64,000 nucleotides of DNA from Alphaproteobacteria bacterium (GTDB lineage: Bacteria > Pseudomonadota > Alphaproteobacteria > MPNO01): assembly GCA_964291675.2 (NCBI GenBank), contig OZ219866.1, forward strand, positions 992,001 to 1,056,000, written 5' to 3'. The first letter of the stretch is position 1, and each line of letters begins with the position of its first letter. Of the stretch, positions 1 through 8,446 are shown piece by piece. Under the pieces are notes generated by a model. The model was not told the DNA's origin. It made no database searches and worked only from the letters and a program-made list of their open reading frames with translations. Made by a program: the position numbers and the translations under genes.

Positions 1-26
1 GCGTGCGGCGATCAAGGAGGCAAGCC

Positions 27-455
27 ATGAAAATCACCCCGGTCCATCCCGGCACGCCGCTGCCGGAGCACAACATGCCCTTCGTGCCGGCGTTCTCGGT
101 CGAGGGCGGTCGCACGCTCTGGCTCGCCGGCATGGGGCCGGTGCCGATCTATCACAGGCACCCGCACGACCCGGACGAGGAGGCCAAGTGGTACGAGGGC
201 GGGTTCCGCACGCAGTGCGAGCGCACGTTTGCGAACATCGAGCGCATCCTCGCAGCCGCCGGCGCCGACCTCACCAATATCGTGAAGATGACCCAGTACC
301 TCACCCATGTGATGCGCGACCAGGACACGCTCAACGAGATCACCTGGGAGCTGTTCGGGCGCGAGCGCATGCCGCCGCGCACGCTGCTCGGCGTGCCGAC
401 GCTGGCGCATGAGGACATGCTGCTGGAGATCGACGTCGTCGCCCAGCTTCCCTAG
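27..455 (+). CDS. RidA/YjgF (Rid) family protein, catalytic Arg retained
   Basis: AGGAGG RBS at 15-20 before ATG 27. Rid motifs 'LWLAGM', 'ILAAAGADLTNIVK', 'PPRTLLGV..L..EDMLLEIDVVA'. Confidence 0.85.
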   Translation: MKITPVHPGTPLPEHNMPFVPAFSVEGGRTLWLAGMGPVPIYHRHPHDPDEEAKWYEGGFRTQCERTFANIERILAAAGADLTNIVKMTQYLTHVMRDQDTLNEITWELFGRERMPPRTLLGVPTLAHEDMLLEIDVVAQLP

Positions 456-516
456 CGCGGGGCCGGGAAATGTCGTCTAATCCGGCTTTCGTGCGTGCAG
501 AACCGCGGGAGAGGCC

Positions 517-1347
517 ATGGCGATCACCGTAACCCCGCTTTCCGAGGCGATCGGGGCGCGGATCGAGGGTGTCGATCTGAGCCGCGAGCTCGACGCGGCG
601 ACCTTCGGCAGGATCAGGGACGCGCTGTTCGACCGCGCCATCATCGTCGTCCCCGACCAGACGCTCGACGAGGACGACCAGGAGCGCTTCTGCCGCTATT
701 TCGGCGAGCTCGAGATGGTGCGCTCCGGCCAGGCGCTCGGCCGCGACCACCCGGCGGTGCTGATGATCACCAACGCCACCGACACCGGCCGCCCGACCGC
801 GCTGGAAGACGGCGAGATGATGTTCCACTACGACCAGTGCTACTACGAGAATCCGGCGCTCGGCTCGACGCTGTATGCCATCGAGGTCCCCGACGAGGGC
901 GGCAACACGCTGTTCGCCAATTGCCGGCTGGCCTACGAGGCGCTGGACGAGAGCTGGAAGGCGCGCCTCGACGGGCTGAGGGCGCTGCACTACTACGACT
1001 ACAAGCGCGATCCCACGCTGCGGCCGTCGACGGTCAACCCGGACGCGCCGCAATGGGTCCATCCGGTCGTGCGCACCCATCCCGAGACCGGGCGCAAGGC
1101 GATCTACGTCAACCGGCTGATGACGCTCTGGATCGAGGGCATCGAGCGTGACGAGAGCGACGCGATCCTCGACTTCCTGTTCGACCACATCGAGAAGCCG
1201 GAGTTCGTCTACGAACACGTCTGGACGGTGGGCGAGCTGATCATGTGGGACAATCGCTGCTCGGCCCATGCACGCACCTGGTTCTCGCCCGAGAAGCGCC
1301 GCATGATGCGCCGGGTGACGGTGCGCGACTCCCACCCCGTCGTCTGA
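517..1347 (+). CDS. TauD/TfdA family Fe(II)/2-oxoglutarate dioxygenase
   Basis: N-term 'GARIEGVDL', HxD motif (FHYD), 'GGNTLFAN', 'HPVVRTHPETGRKAIYVN', 'WDNR..AH.R'. Confidence 0.92.
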   Translation: MAITVTPLSEAIGARIEGVDLSRELDAATFGRIRDALFDRAIIVVPDQTLDEDDQERFCRYFGELEMVRSGQALGRDHPAVLMITNATDTGRPTALEDGEMMFHYDQCYYENPALGSTLYAIEVPDEGGNTLFANCRLAYEALDESWKARLDGLRALHYYDYKRDPTLRPSTVNPDAPQWVHPVVRTHPETGRKAIYVNRLMTLWIEGIERDESDAILDFLFDHIEKPEFVYEHVWTVGELIMWDNRCSAHARTWFSPEKRRMMRRVTVRDSHPVV

Positions 1348-1350
1348 GCC

Positions 1351-2316
1351 ATGGGCACGATCGACATCGACCGCGCCGAGCGGCCGACCAGGGGGCGCGT
1401 CGGCGGCACCGACAAGGACCGGGCGGCGCGGTTCCGCGCCCGCTTCCCGCCATCGGCCAAGCGCAGCCTCTACATCCGCGACAGGATCCTGCTGCCCGCC
1501 CGCGAGCCGCCGGTCAACCCGGAGAAGAGCGAGATCGGCGACTCCGCCGAGGCCGCGCGCGAGATCTGCGACATGGCGCGCGGGATGGGGGCGGACGCGG
1601 TCGGCGTCGCCGAGTACGACCGCCGCTTCGCCTTCACCCAGGCGGGCGAGCCCGAGCACTCGGCGGTCGTCGTCTTCGGCATCGCCATGTCCTACGACAA
1701 CATGGCCGATATCGGCCCGCGCTCGCAGGAGGAGGTGCACCGGGTCTACCACGCGCTCGACGATATCGGGGTGCGGCTCGCGCACCAGATCGCCGCCTAC
1801 GGCTATTCCGCCAGGATGCAGCCCAACGAGGGCGACATCCCGCTTCCCGCGCTGGCCTGGCTCGCCGGTCTCGGCGAGCTCGGCAAGCACGGCTCGCTGA
1901 TCTCGCCCGAGCTCGGCTCCTCCTTCCGGCTCGGCGCGGTGACCACCGACATGCCGCTTGCGCCCGACGGGCCGGCGGATTTCGGCATCGACGAGGTGTG
2001 CGCCAAGTGCGGCGTGTGCACCCGTTTCTGCCCGGGCGACGCGATCAAGCCGGACAAGCGGACGGTCAACGGGATCGAGCGCTGGCATGTCGACACGCCG
2101 GCCTGCGAGCCGTGGTTCCACAAGCTCTACGGCTGCAAGATCTGCCTGATGGTCTGCCCGCTCAACAGCCGCGGCGTGTTCGGCGAGGACTTCAAGCGGG
2201 CCTCGCGCGTCCTGGTCGACGCCAAAGACGCCGAGGGCATGCTGCGCCTGATCGAGGAGCGCACCGACATGCGCTACGAGGATTTCGACCCGCCGGCGGA
2301 GGAGCGGGACGGATAG
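1351..2316 (+). CDS. Reductive dehalogenase / QueG-superfamily cobalamin- and 2x[4Fe-4S]-binding protein
   Basis: 'GADAVGVA', 'AGLGELGKHG.LISPELGS.FRL..VTTDMPLAPD', ferredoxin motifs CxxCxxCxxxCP (CAKCGVCTRFCP) and C-x9-CxxCxxxCP. Confidence 0.8.
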   Translation: MGTIDIDRAERPTRGRVGGTDKDRAARFRARFPPSAKRSLYIRDRILLPAREPPVNPEKSEIGDSAEAAREICDMARGMGADAVGVAEYDRRFAFTQAGEPEHSAVVVFGIAMSYDNMADIGPRSQEEVHRVYHALDDIGVRLAHQIAAYGYSARMQPNEGDIPLPALAWLAGLGELGKHGSLISPELGSSFRLGAVTTDMPLAPDGPADFGIDEVCAKCGVCTRFCPGDAIKPDKRTVNGIERWHVDTPACEPWFHKLYGCKICLMVCPLNSRGVFGEDFKRASRVLVDAKDAEGMLRLIEERTDMRYEDFDPPAEERDG

Positions 2317-2324
2317 CGGGGGCA

Positions 2325-2352
2325 TTGACCCGCCTGTTTTTTGTAGTAACAT
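2325..2352 (+). promoter_or_regulatory. Putative sigma70 promoter / autoregulatory operator of brnTA
   Basis: TTGACC (2325-2330), 16 nt, TAACAT (2347-2352). Overlaps imperfect palindrome TGT-AGTA-ACA. Start codon only 3-6 nt downstream. Confidence 0.5.
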
Positions 2353-2355
2353 TAA

Positions 2356-2637
2356 ATGGTGCGTGTCGAGTACGATCCGGTCAAGCGCGCGCTCACCCTG
2401 GAGGCTAGGGGACTCGATATGGCTCGCGCCGGAGAAGTCTTCGACGGTGCGACGCTGACGGTGCAGGACGACCGGCGGGATTACGGCGAAGACCGCTACA
2501 TCACCATCGGCTTCCTCGACGATGCGATGGTTGTATTTGTCTGGACCCGCCGGGCTTGGGTCAGGCGCGTCATTAGCATGAGGAAGGCCAATGAACGGGA
2601 ACGAAGGCTCTACCGTCCGCTACTCGGACCGGGATGA
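2356..2637 (+). CDS. brnT: BrnT family toxin (type II TA, ribonuclease)
   Basis: 'EYDPVKRALTL..RGLD', 'DDRRDYGEDRYITIG', 'RRVISMRKANERE'. Confidence 0.9.
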   Translation: MVRVEYDPVKRALTLEARGLDMARAGEVFDGATLTVQDDRRDYGEDRYITIGFLDDAMVVFVWTRRAWVRRVISMRKANERERRLYRPLLGPG

Positions 2638-2848
2638 CGCGCCCGACCTTTCCCGCGACGGCTGGCCGGAAAAATTTGCCCGTGCGCCCGTGCGCCGTGG
2701 CCGGCCGCCGTCTGTCCGACCCAAGGTGTCGACCACCATCCGCCTGTCGCAGGACGTGATCGACCATTTCAGGGCCGGCGGGCGCGGCTGGCAGACGCGG
2801 ATCGACGAGGCGCTGCGTGACTGGATCGCCCGGCGCGGCGCCGGCTGA
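2591..2848 (+). CDS. brnA: BrnA family antitoxin (RHH)
   Basis: 'DDAPDL', 'RGRPP...PKVSTTIRLSQDVIDHFRAGGRGWQTRIDEALR'. Overlaps the brnT 3' end. Confidence 0.9.
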   Translation: MNGNEGSTVRYSDRDDAPDLSRDGWPEKFARAPVRRGRPPSVRPKVSTTIRLSQDVIDHFRAGGRGWQTRIDEALRDWIARRGAG

Positions 2849-2887
2849 GCGCGGACGGCCCGCGCCCGACCGGGATATGGCCCTTAC

Positions 2888-4183
2888 CTATCTGGCCGCG
2901 TGTCCATCCGCCTCGCAGGCCTCCCAGACCCACGCCGCGACCGAGAGCAGCGTGTCGCAGGCTCCGCGGCGGGCGACAAGCTGGATGCCGACCGGCATGT
3001 CGCTGGGCCCGCGATGGGTGGGCAGCGAGATGGCAGGCACGTGCAGCATGGTCCACAGCGCCTGGAAGGCGGGATCGCCGGCGTAATCGAGCCCGGGCGG
3101 CGCCTCGCCGTTGACCGCGGGCACGAGCAGCGCGTCCCAGTCGTCGAACAGCCAGTCCAGCATGTGCCGGCAGTCCCGGGTCCGCGCCCGCGCAGCCCGG
3201 TAGTCCGCATGCGGGACCGCAAGCCCGGAAGCGACGGTCTTCCGCATCGCCGGGCTCAGCCGCTCGCGGTCGGTGCGCCATTCATGCGCCATGGCGCGGG
3301 CGCGCTCGTAGTCGTTGATCGCCCGGCGCGCATCGGCGAGCGCCTCGAAGGCGGCGGGCAGCCGGACCTCGTCGACCGCCGCCCCGGCGTCCCGCGCCGC
3401 ATCCGCCGCCCGCTCGATCGCCGCCGCCGTCTCCTTCTCGGCGAGGTGCCAGAGCGGGGTGCGGCAGACGCCGATCCGGGGCGGCGCGGCGAGCGGCGCG
3501 ATCCCGCCCGGCTCGCGCCCCCACAGCACGTCCGAGAGCAGCGCGATGTCCTCCAGCTCCCGCGCGAGCAGCCCCACGGTATCGAGGCTCTCGGCGGCGA
3601 GCTTGATGCCGGCGCGGGAGATCGTGCCGAAGCTCGGCTTGAAGCCGAAAATGCCGCAATAGGAGGACGGCCGCAGCACCGACCCGCCGGTCTGGGTGCC
3701 GAGCGCCGCGGGCACCATGAAATCGGCGACCCCCGCGGCCGAGCCCTGCGACGACCCGCCCGGGGTGCGCGCCGCATCGTGCGGGTTGGTCGTGGGTCCG
3801 GGATGGGTGCCGGCGAATTCGGCGGTGACCGTCTTGCCGAGGATCACCGCGCCCGCCTGGCGCAGTATCGCCACCGCGGCGGCGTCCGCCGCCGGGCGGT
3901 GCCCGTCATAGATCGGCGAGCCCATCCCGGTCGGCATGTCGGCGGTATCGAAGATGTCCTTGATGCCGACCGGCACGCCGTGCAGCGGCCCGGCCGGTCC
4001 GGCGGCGGCGTCGCAGGCGCGCGCCTGGGCGAGCGCCAGCTCGGGGTCGAGGAACGCCCAGGCGCAAACGGTCTCCTCGCGCTCGGCGATGCGCGCGAGG
4101 CAGGCCGCGACCGCCGCCTCCGAGGTGGTGCGCCCCTGGGCGATCGCGCGCGTGGTTTCGGCTGCGCCCGGCAGGCGGGTCAC
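2888..4183 (-). CDS. Amidase (amidase-signature family)
   Basis: Ser-cisSer-Lys motifs 'GPLHGVPVGIKD', 'GGSSQGSAAGVA', 'GTQTGGSVLRP..YCG'. GTG start at 4183 overlaps the SDR TGA (GTGA). Confidence 0.9.
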   Translation of the reverse strand: MTRLPGAAETTRAIAQGRTTSEAAVAACLARIAEREETVCAWAFLDPELALAQARACDAAAGPAGPLHGVPVGIKDIFDTADMPTGMGSPIYDGHRPAADAAAVAILRQAGAVILGKTVTAEFAGTHPGPTTNPHDAARTPGGSSQGSAAGVADFMVPAALGTQTGGSVLRPSSYCGIFGFKPSFGTISRAGIKLAAESLDTVGLLARELEDIALLSDVLWGREPGGIAPLAAPPRIGVCRTPLWHLAEKETAAAIERAADAARDAGAAVDEVRLPAAFEALADARRAINDYERARAMAHEWRTDRERLSPAMRKTVASGLAVPHADYRAARARTRDCRHMLDWLFDDWDALLVPAVNGEAPPGLDYAGDPAFQALWTMLHVPAISLPTHRGPSDMPVGIQLVARRGACDTLLSVAAWVWEACEADGHAAR

Positions 4184-4988
4184 CGGTCGCGCAGCGCGTC
4201 CATCAGCGGCTTCTGCTGGCCGCCGTCGATCTCGATCATCGTGCCGTTGACGAAATGGGCGAGCGGCGAGGCGAGATAGGTGACCAGGTTGGCGACCTCC
4301 TCGCACTCGGCGATGCGGCCGAGCGGGATGGCGCGCGGCGCGAGCTGGTCGGCCTCCTCGTAGGGAATCTCCATGTCGCGCGACATCGCCCGGACCAGCC
4401 CGTCCCAGCGCTCGGTGCGCACCGGGCCCGGGTTGACCGCGCAGACGTGATGTTCTCGCGCCCGTACTGGGCGGCGATCGAGATGGTGAAGTTCTGCCCC
4501 GCCGCGTTGGCGGCGCCCGGGGCGACCTCCCAGTAGGAGTGCTTGATGCCGTCATTGCCGATCAGGTTGACGATGCGCCCGCCGCCTTGGCGGCGCATAT
4601 GCGGCACGGCGTAGCGGGTGCAGCGCACATAGCCCATGAACTTGAGCCCGAGCGCGGCCTCCCAGTCCTCCTCGCTCAGCCCTTCGAGCACGCCGCCCGG
4701 CGCGGCGCCGGCGTTGTTGACCAGGATGTCGAGCCGGCCGAAATGGGCCACCGTGCCGTCGATGAAGGCCTGGGCATCCTCGGGCCCGGTGAGGTCGGCG
4801 GCGATCGCGAGGGTCTCCTGGCCGGTGCGCTGGCGGATCGCGGCGGCGGCGTTGTCGAGCCGCTCCTTGTCGCGCGCGCAGATCGCCACCTTGCAGCCCT
4901 CGCTCGCCAGGCTCTCGGCGATCGCCCTGCCGATGCCGATGCTTCCCCCGGTGACCGCCGCGATCTTGCCGTCCAGTTGCAGGTCCAT
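4180..4988 (-). pseudogene. SDR family oxidoreductase with a 1-nt frameshift at ~4446 (pseudogene or sequencing error)
   Basis: GAGGAGG RBS; 'TGGSIGIG' and 'LVNNAG' in one frame. After 'GRENIT' the conserved 'VCAVNPGPVRT...PLGR...EEVA..YLAS...VNG..IEIDGG' continues in another frame. Confidence 0.85.
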
Positions 4989-5085
4989 CTCCGCCTCCTC
5001 TTTGCCTTCCCCGCGCGTGCTCATTTGCGCGCCGACGGGCGCTAGCCTAGCGTGGCGCGGCGGAGATGCAAAACCGGCGGAAGAG

Positions 5086-7380
5086 ATGGCTGACGGAGCG
5101 ATCGGGCGCGCGCTGAGCCGGCGCGAGGATGCGCGGCTGCTGCGCGGCACGGGGTGTTTCGTCGACGACTTCGCCCCGCCCGGCGCCCTCCATCTGGCGA
5201 TCCTGAGAAGCCCCTTCGCCCATGCCCGAATCCGCTCGGTCGACCTCGCCGGCGTCCGCGCCCGGCCCGGCGTGGTGGACGCGTTCTCGGGCGCCGATCT
5301 CGCGTCGCCGCTGCCGGCAATCCCCGTCCGCATCGCCGGGCTCGCCGGGTTCGAGCGTTTCCTGCAGCGCCCGCTCGCCACCGACAAGGCGCGCTTCGCC
5401 GGCGAGCCGGTGGCCGCGATCGTCGCCGCCGACCGCTACGCTGCCGAGGACGCGCTGGCCGCGGTCGAGATCGACTACGACCCCCTGCCGGCGGTGGTCG
5501 ATCCCGGGACCGCGGCGGCCTCGGCCACGCTGGTGCACGAGGAGGCCGGCGAGAACCTCGCCATCCGCTACGCCGTCGGGCGCGGCGACGTGGACGCGGC
5601 CTTCGCCGCCGCGTCCTATCGCCGGTGCGAGCGCTTCCGCACCCACCGCCAGACCGCGCTGCCGCTGGAGACCCGCGGGCTGGTCGCCGATTTCTCCGAC
5701 GGCGGGGCGCTGAGGCTCTGGGGCGCCGCCAAGGTCACCCATTTCAACCGGCGGGCGCTGGCGCGCGCCTTCGGCCTCCAAGAGGCGGCGGTCGAGCTGA
5801 TCCAGCTCGACGTCGGCGGCGGGTTCGGGGTGCGCGGCGAGCTCTATCCCGAGGATTACCTGGTATCGATCGCGAGCCGCCGGACGGGCCGCCCGGTCAA
5901 GTGGATCGAGGACCGCCGGGAACACCTGACGGCGGCCAACCACTCGCGCGACATCGCGTGTTCGCTGGAGATCGCCGCCCGGCGCGACGGCACCATAATC
6001 GGCCTGCGCGGCCGTGTGGTGGCCGATCTCGGCGCCTATGCCCGCACCAATGGCGGCACCGTGCCGGTGCGCGTGGCGCAATTTCTGCCCGGCCCCTACC
6101 GCATCCCGAACTTTGCCTGCGAGGTCGAGGTCGTGGCGACCAACCGCACGCCGACCGGGACCCTGCGCGGCCCCGGCCGGTTCGAGGCCAATTTCTTCCG
6201 CGAGCGGCTGATCGACCTGATGGCGGCGGATCTCGGACGCGACCCGGCGAGCGTGCGGCTCGCCAACCTGCTGTGTCCCGACGAGCTGCCCTACGCTACC
6301 GGCGAGCTGGCGCCGGGCGATACCGGCACCGCCTACAGCGCGGGGGACTACCCGGCGGCGCTCCGGCTGCTGCTGAAGGAGGCGGGCTACGAGTCCTGGC
6401 GCGCGCGCCAGGGCGAGATCGGCGAGGACGGAAGGCGCCACGGGCTCGGGATCGCCTGCTTCGTCGAATCCAGCGCCGCCGGGCCGCCCGAGCACGCCAG
6501 CATCGCCGCCGACGAGAGCGGCGCCGTCGAGATCCGCGTCGGCTCGTCCTCCTTCGGCCAGGGGGTGGAGACCGGGATGGCCCAGATCGCGGCCGACGCG
6601 CTCGGCATCTCGCCCGACGCGATCGCCGTCCGCTACGGCACCACCAGCCTGCTGCCCGAGGGCAGCGGCAGCTATCACAGCCGCACCACGGTGATGGCGG
6701 GCAACGCGGTCGCCGAGGCCGGCGCGGCCTTCCGGGAGCGCTGCGTGGCGCTGGCGGCGCTGCGCTGGAACGCCGAGCCGGGCGGGCTTGCCTGGCGCGG
6801 CGGCCGCGTCGAACGGCCCGGCGGCGAGGCCATCGGCGTCGCGGCGCTCGCCGCCTTCGCGCGGTCCCGCGGCGAAACCCTCGAAGCCGCCGCGCGGTTC
6901 GACAACCGGGGCCGGGTGGCGTGGAGCTGGGGCGCGCACGCGGCGCATGTCGCCGTCGATGCCGAGACCGGCGGGGTCCAGGTGCTCGGCTATCGCCTGG
7001 TCGAGGAGCTCGGCCGGGTGCTCAACCCGATGATGGCCGAGGGTCAGGCCGTGGGCGCGGCGGTCCAGGGGATCGGCGGTGCCCTCCTGGAGAGCATCCG
7101 CCACGACGCCGACGGCCAGCTCCTCACCGCCAACCTCGCCGACTATACGGTGCCGGCGAGCGCGGAGACGCCGCGCATCGACGCGCTGGCTCTCGAAACC
7201 CACCCGGCGGACTCCAACCCGCTCGGCTTCAAGGGCGCGGGCGAGGGCGGAATCGTCGCCGCCGGCGCCGCCATCGCCAATGCGATCGGCCAGGCGCTCG
7301 GCCCGTCCTGCGCCGGGCCGAGCGCGCTGCCGGTGTCCGCGGACGACATCCGGCGGCTGCTGGAACAGGCGCAAGCATGA
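5086..7380 (+). CDS. Xanthine dehydrogenase / CoxL-like molybdopterin-binding large subunit
   Basis: 'IGRALSRREDARLLRG.G.FVDD', 'RSPFAHARI', 'DVGGGFG', 'RPVKWIEDRRE', 'GQGVET', 'KGAGEGG'. Confidence 0.92.
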   Translation: MADGAIGRALSRREDARLLRGTGCFVDDFAPPGALHLAILRSPFAHARIRSVDLAGVRARPGVVDAFSGADLASPLPAIPVRIAGLAGFERFLQRPLATDKARFAGEPVAAIVAADRYAAEDALAAVEIDYDPLPAVVDPGTAAASATLVHEEAGENLAIRYAVGRGDVDAAFAAASYRRCERFRTHRQTALPLETRGLVADFSDGGALRLWGAAKVTHFNRRALARAFGLQEAAVELIQLDVGGGFGVRGELYPEDYLVSIASRRTGRPVKWIEDRREHLTAANHSRDIACSLEIAARRDGTIIGLRGRVVADLGAYARTNGGTVPVRVAQFLPGPYRIPNFACEVEVVATNRTPTGTLRGPGRFEANFFRERLIDLMAADLGRDPASVRLANLLCPDELPYATGELAPGDTGTAYSAGDYPAALRLLLKEAGYESWRARQGEIGEDGRRHGLGIACFVESSAAGPPEHASIAADESGAVEIRVGSSSFGQGVETGMAQIAADALGISPDAIAVRYGTTSLLPEGSGSYHSRTTVMAGNAVAEAGAAFRERCVALAALRWNAEPGGLAWRGGRVERPGGEAIGVAALAAFARSRGETLEAAARFDNRGRVAWSWGAHAAHVAVDAETGGVQVLGYRLVEELGRVLNPMMAEGQAVGAAVQGIGGALLESIRHDADGQLLTANLADYTVPASAETPRIDALALETHPADSNPLGFKGAGEGGIVAAGAAIANAIGQALGPSCAGPSALPVSADDIRRLLEQAQA

Positions 7381-7417
7381 AGTTCGACGGTGGATAAGGG
7401 CAGGAAGAACTCTCTGG

Positions 7418-7540
7418 ATCGACCGCCTGGAAGGCAAGGTGGACGTGCTGTCCGCCGTCCGCCAATCCCCGGCGCGCGAGCTTTCCGAGCTGCGGGGCGA
7501 GATCCGCGGGCGCCTCGGCGGGTTGCCGGTCGCCCCCTAA
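7418..7540 (+). pseudogene. Start-less 3' remnant of a small coiled-coil protein gene
   Basis: 'IDRLEGKVDVLS...RELSELRGEIRGRL' with host-like high-GC3 codons and TAA stop; no in-frame start or RBS after the xdh stop. Confidence 0.35.
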
Positions 7541-7556
7541 TCGAAACACCCGCGCA

Positions 7557-8249
7557 TTACGGGTTCAGCCGGTAGCCGCCGCTTTCGGTGACCAGGAGCC
7601 GGGCGTTGGACGGGTCGCGCTCGATCTTCTGGCGCAGCCGGTAGACATGGGTCTCCAGCGTGTGGGTGGTGACGCCCGAGTTGTAGCCCCAGACCTCGTT
7701 CAGCAGCACGTCGCGTGCGACCACGGTGGGGCCGGCGCGCAGCAGGAATTTCAGGATCGCCGCTTCCTTTTCCGTCAGGCGGATCCGGCTGTCCCGCTCG
7801 ACGTCGATGAGCAGCTTGGCGCCCGACCGGAAGGAGAACGGGCCGATGGAGAAGACCGCGTCCTCGCTGCGCTCGTACTGGCGCAGCTGCGCGCGGATGC
7901 GGGCGAGCAGGACGCCGAGCCGGAACGGCTTGCCGACATAGTCGTTGGCCCCCGATTCGAGGCCGAGGATGGCGTCGGCGTCGCTGGATGCCGCGGTCAG
8001 CATGATGACCGGCGCGCGAATGTCCGACTGGCGCAGGCGGCGGCAGACTTCCCGCCCGTCGATGTCGGGCAGTCCGACATCGAGCAGGATCAGGTCGAAA
8101 TGGCTGGCTTGCGCGGTCTCCAGGGCGGTCGCGCCGTCGCCGGCCGGGACGGTCTCGAACTCGCCGTCCATCTCGAGCTGTTCCGCGAGGGCCTGCCTGA
8201 GCGCTTCGTCATCGTCGACCAGAAGGATCTTCTTGCTCTGCCTCGCCAT
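7557..8249 (-). CDS. cenR: OmpR-family orphan response regulator, CenR-like (cell envelope)
   Basis: 'ILLVDDD..LR.ALAEQL', 'SEDAVF.IGP..FR...KLL', 'RLTEKE..ILK.L.RAG', 'WGYNSGVTTHTLETHVYRLRQKIE' match the alphaproteobacterial CenR sequence as I recall it. Divergent from an L,D-transpeptidase. Confidence 0.8.
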   Translation of the reverse strand: MARQSKKILLVDDDEALRQALAEQLEMDGEFETVPAGDGATALETAQASHFDLILLDVGLPDIDGREVCRRLRQSDIRAPVIMLTAASSDADAILGLESGANDYVGKPFRLGVLLARIRAQLRQYERSEDAVFSIGPFSFRSGAKLLIDVERDSRIRLTEKEAAILKFLLRAGPTVVARDVLLNEVWGYNSGVTTHTLETHVYRLRQKIERDPSNARLLVTESGGYRLNP

Positions 8250-8446
8250 ACAAACAGCACCCCTCCGATAACCTGACTCGGGCGCCGGGCGGGCGGATTC
8301 TGACAATGGGCGAATCCGCGACCTCCCGCGCGACGCCACGAAGTGGGGCGTAAACCCGCAACAGTCTCAAGACCGCGGGACTAACGACAAAACTAGCTCA
8401 GCGACGCCGGATTGTCATATGCCGCGAACATACGAAGCGATGTCAC

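Noticed and set aside
2888-4555. 555-aa amidase with N-terminal extension
   Set aside because: The extension is an alternative frame of the SDR; the true start is GTG 4183.
5086-7380. Carbon monoxide dehydrogenase call
   Set aside because: Lacks the AYXCSFR motif and the coxM/coxS/accessory genes.
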